Shown piece by piece: positions 41,033 through 51,172 of a DNA stretch of 64,000 nt. Within the stretch, counting starts at the first letter, position 1. Each line of letters begins with the position of its first letter. The stretch comes from Promethearchaeota archaeon (GTDB lineage Archaea > Asgardarchaeota > Lokiarchaeia > Sigyniarchaeales > SOKP01): positions 224,001 to 288,000 of the forward strand of contig JAEOSU010000072.1 of the NCBI GenBank assembly GCA_016840165.1, read 5' to 3'. A model generated the notes under the pieces. It worked only from the letters and a program-made list of their open reading frames with translations. It was not told where the DNA came from and ran no database searches. Made by a program: the position numbers and the translations under genes.

Positions 41033-42235
41033 ATGGAAAATGTAAGGAATAAAATTGAAAAATATCTTGATTCAGAATCGAGAATAATCTCTACCACAAT
41101 TATTGAAGAGAGAAATAAAATAGTATACACTTCAGATAATTGGGACATATCTGATGATTTAGACTCAATCAATTCCTTATGGGAGTTAGAGAAGCATGGA
41201 GAATTGATAGTTAATAAAATTAAATATAAAATTATACAAATGTCCTCTGAAAAATTAGTGGCTATGAATTTGGAAGGTAAAGGGAGTCTTATTGGTTTTA
41301 AAGATGATGAACGTAGAATTATCTCTAGAGTGGAACCAGGTGATGCTGCTTTTATAGGGTTAATGGAATCTTCGAGGACATTGGGAAGGCTTCGTAAAAA
41401 GGATCCTTATCTCGATCCTAATACTAAGTTAGGTAAAATAAACGATGTTATATGGGCAACACCAAAAGTGTTACTTAATGACACCTATAATTTACAGAGA
41501 TTAGGATTATTAAAAGTTGGATTAACCCTGGATGAGGCAAAAGTCTATTTAGCTTTACTACAAAGTGGTGAAGATGGAGAAAAAGTTGGAAATCTAAATA
41601 AACAATTGGAAATAAAGAGAACAACAATATACCGAATAATAGATCGATTAATAAACAAGGGATGGGTATATAAGTTAATGGAAAGACCAACAGGTACAAC
41701 ATTATATATAGCTAAGCCACTAAATGAATTTATCGATGACATTATCGAGGAAAAAGAAGAAGAACTAAGAATACTAAAGAGCTTCCGATTTGTGATGGGA
41801 GAAAGTTCAGAAAATGGTTGGATTGACTTTTCCAGAGAGAATGATACATTGGGATTGATTGGACTAGAGAAAGATTGTGGTCTGATTGTATTCGAATATG
41901 ATGAGATTGTTAAGGAAAAAGTGATTATTCAGGCTGCTTTACAATTATCCTATGAAAGATTAAAGAAACATTTACAACTGGATTCAAATGAAAAAAAAAA
42001 TATTAATCAGGACATTGAGGATATCAAAATTACGAATATTAATATAAATGAGTATTTTGGAGCTAATATGTATATTAGATTTAAAGAAGGGACAAAAAGC
42101 GCGAATAATGTGGGCAATGACTGGATTTTATTGACAAAACATGTCGCGATTCCTATTGAAGATAAAATTTATGTAATTTGGGGTTCTGAGGAAAAATTTC
42201 CAATATTATTAAGCATAATTTTAAAGATAAGATAA
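41033..42235 (+). CDS. Profilin-like domain fused to a TrmB-type winged-helix domain and an unassigned C-terminal domain
   Basis: aa 1-135 resemble Lokiarchaeal profilins (IVYTSDNWDI, IKYKIIQMSSEKLVA, GKGSLIGFKDDERRII, PYLDPNTKLG). aa ~155-250 are a TrmB HTH (GLTLDEAKVYLALL...IKRTTIYRIIDRLINKGWV...LYIAKP). Confidence 0.75.
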   Translation: MENVRNKIEKYLDSESRIISTTIIEERNKIVYTSDNWDISDDLDSINSLWELEKHGELIVNKIKYKIIQMSSEKLVAMNLEGKGSLIGFKDDERRIISRVEPGDAAFIGLMESSRTLGRLRKKDPYLDPNTKLGKINDVIWATPKVLLNDTYNLQRLGLLKVGLTLDEAKVYLALLQSGEDGEKVGNLNKQLEIKRTTIYRIIDRLINKGWVYKLMERPTGTTLYIAKPLNEFIDDIIEEKEEELRILKSFRFVMGESSENGWIDFSRENDTLGLIGLEKDCGLIVFEYDEIVKEKVIIQAALQLSYERLKKHLQLDSNEKKNINQDIEDIKITNININEYFGANMYIRFKEGTKSANNVGNDWILLTKHVAIPIEDKIYVIWGSEEKFPILLSIILKIR

Positions 42236-42700
42236 CTAAAAAATAAGGATTTCAGGATGCTTTTTCGCTTCCTCATAGATAGGTCCCGAAGTAATAAACC
42301 CAAGAGCTAAACCACTACCTCTTGCAACTAAAAGTTTTTTATTTATCTTAATATTGAAAGCATCTAGCAAATTTTCTGTTAGCTTAATAGATTTCTCCTT
42401 CTTTATATTTACCCAAGAGAATATCCTGTTATTAATTTTTTTTATCGCTCCCTCATTTATCTTATAATTTAATAAATCAGGGTATTTGGTTAATAAATTT
42501 CCTATTGGTGTGTCTGCTAAAAGACGTTTAGAACTCAATCCAAAGCCACCTGATTTTTTACTCCCAGACATTAGAATGGCTTTTTCATCATTAATGAAAC
42601 CATATTCCAAGTAAGCTTCATCAGGTATGAATATATCTCTATTAATTCTAACTATTGTCCATCCAAATACGTATTTTCCACCTTTAACAAGTTGAGGCAT
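42236..42700 (-). CDS. Conserved hypothetical protein (possibly tandem AbrB-like swapped hairpins)
   Basis: MPQLVKGGKYVFGW..., SGSKKSGGFGL; two similar beta-rich halves. Confidence 0.6.
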   Translation of the reverse strand: MPQLVKGGKYVFGWTIVRINRDIFIPDEAYLEYGFINDEKAILMSGSKKSGGFGLSSKRLLADTPIGNLLTKYPDLLNYKINEGAIKKINNRIFSWVNIKKEKSIKLTENLLDAFNIKINKKLLVARGSGLALGFITSGPIYEEAKKHPEILIF

Positions 42701-42755
42701 AAAATTATATCTCTTATATATTTAGTTTTCAATTTATTATATTAATTTACCAGAG

Positions 42756-45700
42756 TTAGTATTTCAATTCTACCCAATTTTCCAACTCAAGATAAAGCTT
42801 TTTTAGATTGTTAATTTGATCATCATTCGCTTCCCAATAACCCCTATTATTCGCTTGAAGCATATTTTTTATGATGTCCATCATCGCAAAACGGTTATTT
42901 TCTTCTAATAAATCTCTCAACTCTGCATTTTCTATGTATTGATCATAAGCTTTATCCCAAATCCAGTTATCTACTTTATGTGTCGTGGCAGATAGCCCTA
43001 GAAAATTCTCCACACGCTCTGCAACTTTTTGCCCACCATGGTATTTATGCTTTAGGAGAGTTTTAATCCACTTAGGGTTTAATGAACGAGTTATTGCTCC
43101 TTCCTTGATGCTCTCTTCAAGGCGTTGTACTTTTATTTTTTTAGAAGAAGAATCTGCGATATAAATATTTGCTTCCTTCCCACTTAGTTCCTTATAAGTA
43201 CGTGCTAAACCACCAGTGAATTCATAGTAATGATCTAAGTCTGTAATAGAATATTCGCTCGAATCGCGAATTTGACTCATGATTTCAACTTCATTAATAG
43301 TTTGAGAAAAATTTTCAACCAACTGCTTTACTTTTTGGTTTTTCATATAAGCAAAACTCATGTTTCTTATATAATCCTCCGCTAATTCTTTTTCATCTCC
43401 CCATTTTCCAGCAGAGATAATCTCAGTTAAATTGGTATTGTATTTGCCTGGAGGTGGACCAAACACTCGAGCTTTCGCATTCTCTAATCCTTTTTGTTGC
43501 ATTGTTAAGACTGATTTCTTTACGAAGTTCTGATTAACATCCTCATCTAATTCTGCTACTAATTCTATTGCTTTATTGATTAACTCTAAATGATAGGGAA
43601 AAGTATCACGAAAAATTCCGCATATTGTGATAAGAACATTTATTCGTGGATGCAGCATCTCCTCTAAAGGTATAACTTCTAATTCAGTAGTCCAGATGGA
43701 TTTATTCTTGACGGGTCTTACACCTAAATAATTAAAGATCTGACCTATAGTCTCTCCTCCAGTTTTCATGGTTTCAAAAGCCCAAAGCACAACACTCACG
43801 GACTTGGGCCATTCTTTATTATTATTTTGATAATCTTGGAGGAGTTTTTCTGCTATCTCATTACCACGAGTTAATGCTGTCGAATTAGGAATGAGCCGGG
43901 GGTCAAATCCATAAGAATTTTTCCCAGTTGGAAAAATATGTGGTGAACGAATAGGATCACCCCCTAACCCTGGTTCAATATATCCACCTTCCAAAGCATG
44001 GATAATATTATCCAATTCTAACGTATCATCGATTTTAAATATTAACTCTCGCATCCAATCAATCGTATACTCTATTAAGTCATCCTTGGTGTCAATGTAA
44101 GAAGTCAATTCATTTTTAATATCATTAAAGGACTTGTCTAAAGATAAAAATTCATAAGATTCATCTATAAATCTATCAAGCAATTCAGTGTCAAGAATAT
44201 GATTATCAATTTTGAAATAGAATAAAAAATCTTCTATATATGAGGGTTTCTCCGTAGAATGAAGGATAATGTTTTTTAGAAGATCTTTTTTCTGATCATC
44301 TGTATAGTGAATTCCTAAAGAATGCAATCCCATAGGAATTATTTCTTGTTTGTAATTATAGAGTTTATCCTCTAATTCAGAAATAGTACTATATTCAATA
44401 TTCATTTGCTTAGCCAATTCTCTGATCTCCTGACTTAAGTCACCAATCCTAACATCATTTTGTTCGAATTTAGGATTATTTTCTGAATTAAAGGAGATTC
44501 TTTGATATTCAGAGATTAATTCTTCTAATTTCTCAAATTCATCATAAAGACCCGATTCTTGAAATGTGGGTCCCGCATGGTTAATAATAAGTGCATTCCC
44601 TCTTCTCTTGGCAATCGCAGACTCACTAGTATTAGTTATGTGATAATAATATATATTGGGAAGAGTTCCTATTAATTTCAAATTAAAGTCATGAATCCAG
44701 CCAGCACATTCTTTCCCCGGGAGAAATTCTTCAGTTCCATGAGTTCCTACATGGATTAGGACATCGACGTCTAAATTCTTTTCAAGATAATGATAGAAAG
44801 CTAAATATTGATGGTGAGGGGGCAAATTTTTATCATGGTATTCATTACTATCTCCCGAAACTCTACTTCTTGATGGTTGGATACAGAGATATATATTACC
44901 AAAAGAAATTATTGGCAATCTAATATGAGAATTAGCAAGCATTATATCTCCCGGTGGTTCACCCCAAAATTGAATAACTTCTTGTTGTTGCTCTAAAGGA
45001 AGAGTATGAAAGTAATGAATATAATCTTGAAGATTTAGCTCTGCACCTTTGTAATCCTTAACATTAGTATATTTTGGTAAATTTACTACCCCATAATTCA
45101 CTAATAATTCCATAAGATTATGTTCAATAGAAAAATCTTCGATGTAATATCCTTCCTGAATCATTTTTGTTATTAATTGCTTAATTGATTCTGAAACGTC
45201 TAGATATGCAGCATTTCCAATTTTATCTTCTCCTGGAGGGTAATTATATACAATAATCGCGATTTTTTTGTCTTGATTTTTTTTTATTCTTAGTTGCAGC
45301 CATTTTTTAATTCTTTCGCAATATAATGCAATACTTTCTTCTAATGGTTTGACTTCAAGAATATTAGAATTTATTTTCTCCGAAAAACCTAAATCCTCAA
45401 GTAACCCAACAGTAGTCATTTCTATTCGACCATCTAATTCAGGCATGACTATGGCTATAACTTGATTGATAGGAATAATGCCCTCCTTTGATTTAAAGTA
45501 CTCTTCAAATGTAATATCATATTGAATAATTGGATTAAATTGGGGAATATCCATTTTCTTAAATAAATCGAGAGTAGTTATACCATTACCACCAAAGGGT
45601 CCACCATTCAATTGAAAATATTGAAGATTAATAACTGCACTGACTAAACATCTTCCATTGGTAAAGAATAAGGTTTCATAAGCATCAATATTTGTTAATA

Positions 45701-46565
45701 CATCAGAAAAAATGGGAAGTAAATTGAATTCGGATAAGTTCCTCATAAATTCTTTCACGATAGGAAGAGATTGTTCAAAATACAAACCTCCATAATAAAA
45801 TATACCAACAGTTTGTTTTTTGGGGTCATAATTAATTTTTTGAAAATATTCTTCAGAAGTTTGAAAATATTCGCTTAGGAGGGGATCGTAAATACCATAT
45901 GGTGGAATTTTTTTTGGTTTCTCAACTTGAAGGTTCTTATATCCAAGATAGTGTTTTAAAAGGAAGAGTATCATATTTTTATGGTTTACCGCAATACCAC
46001 CTAAACCATGTACCCAGTAATCCATCATCATAACCCAATATCGAGCATGTCTTAAAGTCTTTACAGGAAAAACTTTACCTAAAAAACCTAAGAATTTCGT
46101 CATTCTTTGACCAAATCGTACTGCTTTGGTCAAATCAGGAATTTCATCGATATTGTATCCATCACTACTTGGGGAGGGAATTTTTCGTGCTTGAAATGAT
46201 CCCATTTTAGTTAGACCTCTTATTTCACTATTCCCCCCGACTAACGCAACAATTTCTTTAGTTTCAAATAAATTAGGATTTTCTTCCTCCATCTTTCTAT
46301 AAGTTTTAACCAAGATTTCAACTGTAGGAGAATTTCCACGAATATCTAATAACATTATATCAGATTTATAGATGGAGGTAATTAATTCCTCTTCTGGAAT
46401 CTTTCCAGAGTCCAAATCATTTAAGAAATAAATTTTAAATTCGAAAAGTTTACCTAATTCTTTATATAGTTCATCAATTGCTTCAGTTAACCACTTTAAA
46501 AAAACAGACGTTGTAATTAAGGATATTTGAGGCAATTGTTTAGTATTTGGATTCGTTGAATTCAT
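42756..46565 (-). CDS. CobN/magnesium chelatase H-family large subunit
   Basis: MPELDGRIE, YNYPPG, PPHHQYLAFY, HVGTHGTEEFLPGK, PTGKN, CGIFRD, DLDHYYEF; has a ChlH-like N-terminal domain. Confidence 0.9.
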   Translation of the reverse strand: MNSTNPNTKQLPQISLITTSVFLKWLTEAIDELYKELGKLFEFKIYFLNDLDSGKIPEEELITSIYKSDIMLLDIRGNSPTVEILVKTYRKMEEENPNLFETKEIVALVGGNSEIRGLTKMGSFQARKIPSPSSDGYNIDEIPDLTKAVRFGQRMTKFLGFLGKVFPVKTLRHARYWVMMMDYWVHGLGGIAVNHKNMILFLLKHYLGYKNLQVEKPKKIPPYGIYDPLLSEYFQTSEEYFQKINYDPKKQTVGIFYYGGLYFEQSLPIVKEFMRNLSEFNLLPIFSDVLTNIDAYETLFFTNGRCLVSAVINLQYFQLNGGPFGGNGITTLDLFKKMDIPQFNPIIQYDITFEEYFKSKEGIIPINQVIAIVMPELDGRIEMTTVGLLEDLGFSEKINSNILEVKPLEESIALYCERIKKWLQLRIKKNQDKKIAIIVYNYPPGEDKIGNAAYLDVSESIKQLITKMIQEGYYIEDFSIEHNLMELLVNYGVVNLPKYTNVKDYKGAELNLQDYIHYFHTLPLEQQQEVIQFWGEPPGDIMLANSHIRLPIISFGNIYLCIQPSRSRVSGDSNEYHDKNLPPHHQYLAFYHYLEKNLDVDVLIHVGTHGTEEFLPGKECAGWIHDFNLKLIGTLPNIYYYHITNTSESAIAKRRGNALIINHAGPTFQESGLYDEFEKLEELISEYQRISFNSENNPKFEQNDVRIGDLSQEIRELAKQMNIEYSTISELEDKLYNYKQEIIPMGLHSLGIHYTDDQKKDLLKNIILHSTEKPSYIEDFLFYFKIDNHILDTELLDRFIDESYEFLSLDKSFNDIKNELTSYIDTKDDLIEYTIDWMRELIFKIDDTLELDNIIHALEGGYIEPGLGGDPIRSPHIFPTGKNSYGFDPRLIPNSTALTRGNEIAEKLLQDYQNNNKEWPKSVSVVLWAFETMKTGGETIGQIFNYLGVRPVKNKSIWTTELEVIPLEEMLHPRINVLITICGIFRDTFPYHLELINKAIELVAELDEDVNQNFVKKSVLTMQQKGLENAKARVFGPPPGKYNTNLTEIISAGKWGDEKELAEDYIRNMSFAYMKNQKVKQLVENFSQTINEVEIMSQIRDSSEYSITDLDHYYEFTGGLARTYKELSGKEANIYIADSSSKKIKVQRLEESIKEGAITRSLNPKWIKTLLKHKYHGGQKVAERVENFLGLSATTHKVDNWIWDKAYDQYIENAELRDLLEENNRFAMMDIIKNMLQANNRGYWEANDDQINNLKKLYLELENWVELKY

Positions 46566-46567
46566 TA

Positions 46568-48547
46568 TTATTCACGCTTATTATGAACTAATCCTTCACT
46601 TTCCAACACACTACTCACGTTTTCTTGATTCATGTTGCTTATGTGATAGTACAATGCATTGGACGCTTCTGCAAATTTTTTATTGATTCCAAGTTTCACA
46701 TCTGTCGCTTCCGTATCAATTATTATCATATCGATGCCATTTTTTGTTATTTCCTTGCCAATATTCATTATATCTTTAATTGGATCTTTAAAAAATACAT
46801 TTCCTCGGGCATCAGAAATAAGAATAATCAATGGGATATATCCTGTACTCTTTCTCTTTTCTTCAAGAGCAATATTTAAGGCTTTACTTAAACCTGTGAC
46901 CAATGGGGTTGTACCCCCCGTTGGGACCTCTTTTAATAACTTATATGCTAAATCAGTACTTCTTGTTGGAGGTAGAATTACTTCAGCATCATCTCCTCGG
47001 AAAACCACCAAAGATACTTTATCACGGTATACATAATTAGATTGGAGTAGAGAAAAAATTACCCCTTTTACAGCTTGCATTCTATCGTTTGCACCCATTG
47101 AACCGGAAGCGTCGACACAAAAAATAATTAAGTAGCTAGATTTCCCAATCCTTCTTTTAACGTGTATATGCTCTTCTCTAACTTTTAATTTGTCACCATT
47201 TTTAACTGCTTCTTTATTCTCAGATTCTAATGCTGCTGTGTTAAGAGTTTGTAATACTGCGATGTCTGCAGAACTTGTAAAATTGAAATTTTTAGGCTTT
47301 TGACCACTAATATATTTTCCTTTCTTATCTTGGGTAGGATGGAGTAATCTTTGTCCGGAAGTATTCATTTGCTTTTTCATTCTTTTCTTTTCCAAAACTC
47401 TATCTGCATTAATGGATGTATCGATGTCAAAAGTTCGTTCTTTTATATTATTAATCATTTTTTCATTAATTTCCTTTGAATCAGGGGGAAGAGTAGCTTG
47501 TTCTTCTAGTTGCTGCTCCTCATTAAACATCTTATCGATTTCCTCTTCATCGATAACATTTTCTTCAAAGGGAAGTTTTCTTAAACGGTGAGCTAAAGCT
47601 AACTTAGCTGCAATTTTAATGTCATCATCAACTACTTCTTTCCTTCCATTAAAGGCCGCAATTGTTTTAGCAGTTATGTTAATGGTAATATCTGCGCGAT
47701 GACTATCAATCTCTAATTGTACAGAAAGTTGAGCGATTTTCTTTAGTTGCTCTTCTGAAATTTGAACATTATCAATAATTTTGCGAGCATTCACAATTTT
47801 TTCTCTCAAAATTTTTTGCTCATGCTCGAATCTATCGTGGAACTCATGAGGATCAATGTGATATTGCTCAGAATATTTAATTATTAGAACGCGCTTATCA
47901 ATATCTAATATTGGTTTTGCTTCTACACTTAGACCAAATCGATCTAAAAGCTGGGGTCGTAAATTTCCTTCTTCGGGATTCATTGTTCCAACTAAAATAA
48001 AGTTGGAGGGATGATGAATACTTATTCCTTCACGTTCAATTATGTTTATCCCCATGGCGGCACTGTCTAATAACACATCTGCAACATTATCCGCAAGCAA
48101 GTTAACTTCGTCAATATAGAGAATATTCCTATTCGCTTCAGCTAAAATTCCTGGTTCAAGAGCTTTTAATCCCTCTTCTAAAGCTTTTTTTATATCTATA
48201 GTTCCAACCACTCTATCTTCGGTTGCATTAATAGGGAGATTGATTACTCTCATCTTTCGTGATTCTATGTCACTTTCATCTAATTTATTTTCGATAATTT
48301 TATGTTGACACGCATGACATGATTCTTTTAAATTATCAGGATTACAATTGAAAGGACAATCTTTAATAATTTTGATTTCGGGGAGTAAATCTGCCAATGC
48401 TCTGACTGCAGTTGATTTTGCTGTTCCTTTCGTTCCTTTAATTAGTACACCTCCAATTTTAGGATTGATCGCATTTAAAATCAGCGCAAGTTTCATTAAA
48501 TCTTGTCCTACTATTGCAGTAAAAGGATATGTTTTAAAGTGAGTCAT
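46568..48547 (-). CDS. Chelatase AAA+ subunit with C-terminal vWA domain (ChlD/ChlI-like)
   Basis: [40 protein letters not shown]; vWA DASGSMG and GGTTPL. Confidence 0.9.
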   Translation of the reverse strand: MTHFKTYPFTAIVGQDLMKLALILNAINPKIGGVLIKGTKGTAKSTAVRALADLLPEIKIIKDCPFNCNPDNLKESCHACQHKIIENKLDESDIESRKMRVINLPINATEDRVVGTIDIKKALEEGLKALEPGILAEANRNILYIDEVNLLADNVADVLLDSAAMGINIIEREGISIHHPSNFILVGTMNPEEGNLRPQLLDRFGLSVEAKPILDIDKRVLIIKYSEQYHIDPHEFHDRFEHEQKILREKIVNARKIIDNVQISEEQLKKIAQLSVQLEIDSHRADITINITAKTIAAFNGRKEVVDDDIKIAAKLALAHRLRKLPFEENVIDEEEIDKMFNEEQQLEEQATLPPDSKEINEKMINNIKERTFDIDTSINADRVLEKKRMKKQMNTSGQRLLHPTQDKKGKYISGQKPKNFNFTSSADIAVLQTLNTAALESENKEAVKNGDKLKVREEHIHVKRRIGKSSYLIIFCVDASGSMGANDRMQAVKGVIFSLLQSNYVYRDKVSLVVFRGDDAEVILPPTRSTDLAYKLLKEVPTGGTTPLVTGLSKALNIALEEKRKSTGYIPLIILISDARGNVFFKDPIKDIMNIGKEITKNGIDMIIIDTEATDVKLGINKKFAEASNALYYHISNMNQENVSSVLESEGLVHNKRE

Positions 48548-48669
48548 TTTTAATCGTTTTGACTTATAGATTCAAACTTAATATTTTTTTATTATTTTTT
48601 CATACTCTATAAAAATTAGCAAATAATCGTTAAAAAAATTACTTTTTTTAAAATATAATTTTACATAAT

Positions 48670-49275
48670 CTATGTTCTTTCCATCTTCAGCTCATTTTTG
48701 AGCTCTTGATAAAATCGATCTATAATCTCATGTCGTTTTTGAGCAAACTCTTTTGATATATCTAAAAAAAGTTGTTCTATTAGTATCAGAATCTTATTCT
48801 CAAGATGCTTAAGGACATCTTGAATCGTTCCATCCATTCTTGTTGTATAACCTATGGTTCTATATAAACCAATCGCTCCGAGGGCATCTAATTTATCCAC
48901 ATCTGACAAAATTTTAGCTTCGAGGGTTTTTGGGAGTTTCTGACTTGAAAAGGAGTGAGCATGAATACAATGAATTATATTCTCAAAGTCAGTTTTGATA
49001 AATATAAAATCTATAGTTTGAAGGTATTTTGATGCTAAATTTGCCGAAATCTCAGCATGATTTTTATTTCTATGTTTAAAATCCTCAGAAAATCTGCCAA
49101 TATCATGTAAAAGGGCAGCAATTTCTAAGACAAACAAGTTTGCACCCAACTTTTTGCCAATTTCGATGCACATATGATGCACACGTTCAGTATGACCATA
49201 ACCGTGAATATCATCATAAGGAATGTGTTTAAGAGTATAGTTCTTAATCTCTTCTAAGAGTTCTTGTTGATTCAT
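48670..49275 (-). CDS. HD-domain phosphohydrolase
   Basis: HGYGHTERV, ALLHDIGR, DVDKLDALGAIG. Confidence 0.88.
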   Translation of the reverse strand: MNQQELLEEIKNYTLKHIPYDDIHGYGHTERVHHMCIEIGKKLGANLFVLEIAALLHDIGRFSEDFKHRNKNHAEISANLASKYLQTIDFIFIKTDFENIIHCIHAHSFSSQKLPKTLEAKILSDVDKLDALGAIGLYRTIGYTTRMDGTIQDVLKHLENKILILIEQLFLDISKEFAQKRHEIIDRFYQELKNELKMERT

Positions 49276-49383
49276 TGATCTTAATTAGTAAATTGTTAAT
49301 CAATTTGAATAGTTAATATAAAAAATAAAAGTAAAATAGATTAAATAAAGCTAGAATTTATTTTTAATCTTAAAAGAAATGGT

Positions 49384-51069
49384 TTAAACTTCTTCTCCTC
49401 TTCTTCTCGCTTCTATCTCCTTAAGATCTTTCCTTAAAACTTTACCTACTAATGTTTCAGGAAGTTCTTTTCTAAATTCTATGAATTTAGGAATTTTATA
49501 AGGTGCTAAGACTTGACGGCAAAATTCCTTTATCTCTGCCTTCATTTCATCAGATTCTTTATACCCATCCTTAAGTACAATATAGGCTTTCACTTTTTCG
49601 CTCCCAGGAAGGTTGGGATCGGGAAGTCCAATAACTGCTGCGTTCTCTATAGCTTCATTTTCAAATAGGACATCTTCAAGTTCTCTTGGATATACCTTGA
49701 ATCCACTAACATTTATCATGTCTTTCTTTCTGTCAACAATGTAGAAATATCCGTCCTCGTCCATTTTAGCAATGTCTCCAGTCAATAACCAACGATTTTT
49801 AATCTGGTTATCAGTTTCATCTGGTTTATTCCAATATCCTTTCATTACTTGAGGTCCCTTTATAATAATTTCTCCAGCTTCTCCAAGAGGAACAGATTGA
49901 GTATAATCATCAATTTTAACAATTTTAACCTCAGTGTCGGGAATTGGCATACCCACAGAACCTACTTTTCGTTCTCCCTTAAATGGATTAGTATGGGTAA
50001 CCGGTGAGGATTCAGTCATTCCATATCCCTCAAGAATTATTGCCCCAGTTCTTTCTTCAAATTCTTTCAATACTTCAGGAGGCATAGGTGCCGCACCAGT
50101 ATTACAAACCCGAATAGATCTTAAATCTTTCGCATAATCTTCAAGATCATCCCTTTCTAATAATCGCATATACATTGTAGGAACTCCAGGAAACATCGTT
50201 GCATTTGTAGTTTTAATTATTTCGAAGAGAGACTTTTGATCCCGAGGATCTGGGTTAAGTGCGATAGTAGAGCCTATTAATACATGCAGATTCATACACA
50301 CGGTTTGTCCATATATATGAAAAAGTGGAAGATTTGTTAGAATGGTTTCCTTTCCCTCTCGTAATTCACCTACTCCCCATACATTGACAGCAACTGCATT
50401 TGATACAAGATTGTAATGAGTGAGCATCGCGCCTTTAGGTAAACCAGTAGTTCCACCTGTATATTGTAAGCATGCTATATCTTCTTTAGCGTTAGTTGTA
50501 AAAGCTGGGGGATTTGGTTTAGTTTCGTCAATTAGGTTTAATAACTGTTTTGTACCGGATATTTCAGGCGGATTTCTTTTTGACATAGGAGAGTAATCTA
50601 GTACATTGGTAATTATTACGTGCCTTAATCGAGTTCTGTCTCTAATTTTACTGATTTTTTCAATTTGATTATCCCATGCAATTATAACTTCTGCTCCGGA
50701 ATCATTCAATTGGTAGGCCAACTCATGTTCTGTATGTAGAACACTACAAGCTGTGACTATCGCACCTGCTTTTAATATTCCATAATAACTTATAATAAAT
50801 TGAGGAAAATTTGGGATCATTATTGCCACGACATCCCCGTGTTTTACCCCGAGGTCTATTAAAGCAGTCGCCAATCTATCAGTAATATCATCTAATTTTT
50901 TATATGTAATTTTATTCTTCATAAACCAAATAGCAGTTCGGCCACCAAATTTATTTGCGGAATTCTTTAAGAATTCATATATATTAATCTCAGGATATTC
51001 AATGTGCGCTGGAACACCCTCATCATAGTTTTTTAACCATGGTTTTTGAGAATAAATATCTTCACTCAT
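49384..51069 (-). CDS. fadD: Long-chain fatty acid-CoA ligase
   Basis: YTGGTTGLPKG, EGYGMTE, TGDIA, DRKKDMI, VGKVLR. Confidence 0.92.
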   Translation of the reverse strand: MSEDIYSQKPWLKNYDEGVPAHIEYPEINIYEFLKNSANKFGGRTAIWFMKNKITYKKLDDITDRLATALIDLGVKHGDVVAIMIPNFPQFIISYYGILKAGAIVTACSVLHTEHELAYQLNDSGAEVIIAWDNQIEKISKIRDRTRLRHVIITNVLDYSPMSKRNPPEISGTKQLLNLIDETKPNPPAFTTNAKEDIACLQYTGGTTGLPKGAMLTHYNLVSNAVAVNVWGVGELREGKETILTNLPLFHIYGQTVCMNLHVLIGSTIALNPDPRDQKSLFEIIKTTNATMFPGVPTMYMRLLERDDLEDYAKDLRSIRVCNTGAAPMPPEVLKEFEERTGAIILEGYGMTESSPVTHTNPFKGERKVGSVGMPIPDTEVKIVKIDDYTQSVPLGEAGEIIIKGPQVMKGYWNKPDETDNQIKNRWLLTGDIAKMDEDGYFYIVDRKKDMINVSGFKVYPRELEDVLFENEAIENAAVIGLPDPNLPGSEKVKAYIVLKDGYKESDEMKAEIKEFCRQVLAPYKIPKFIEFRKELPETLVGKVLRKDLKEIEARRRGEEV

Positions 51070-51172
51070 ATTTTATTCACTTTATATGTCTTTATTTTTA
51101 ATATAAAACGTATATTATCTTATTAATTTTATTTTAAATCAAAAAAAGATAAAAAGAAATTTTATTACTAAC

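Noticed and set aside
47440-47520. Programmed frameshift in the chlD linker producing a ChlI-sized product
   Set aside because: Only short runs are present (C5 before an out-of-frame TGA, and A6). I saw no convincing slippery heptamer or stimulator, and the gene is in frame.
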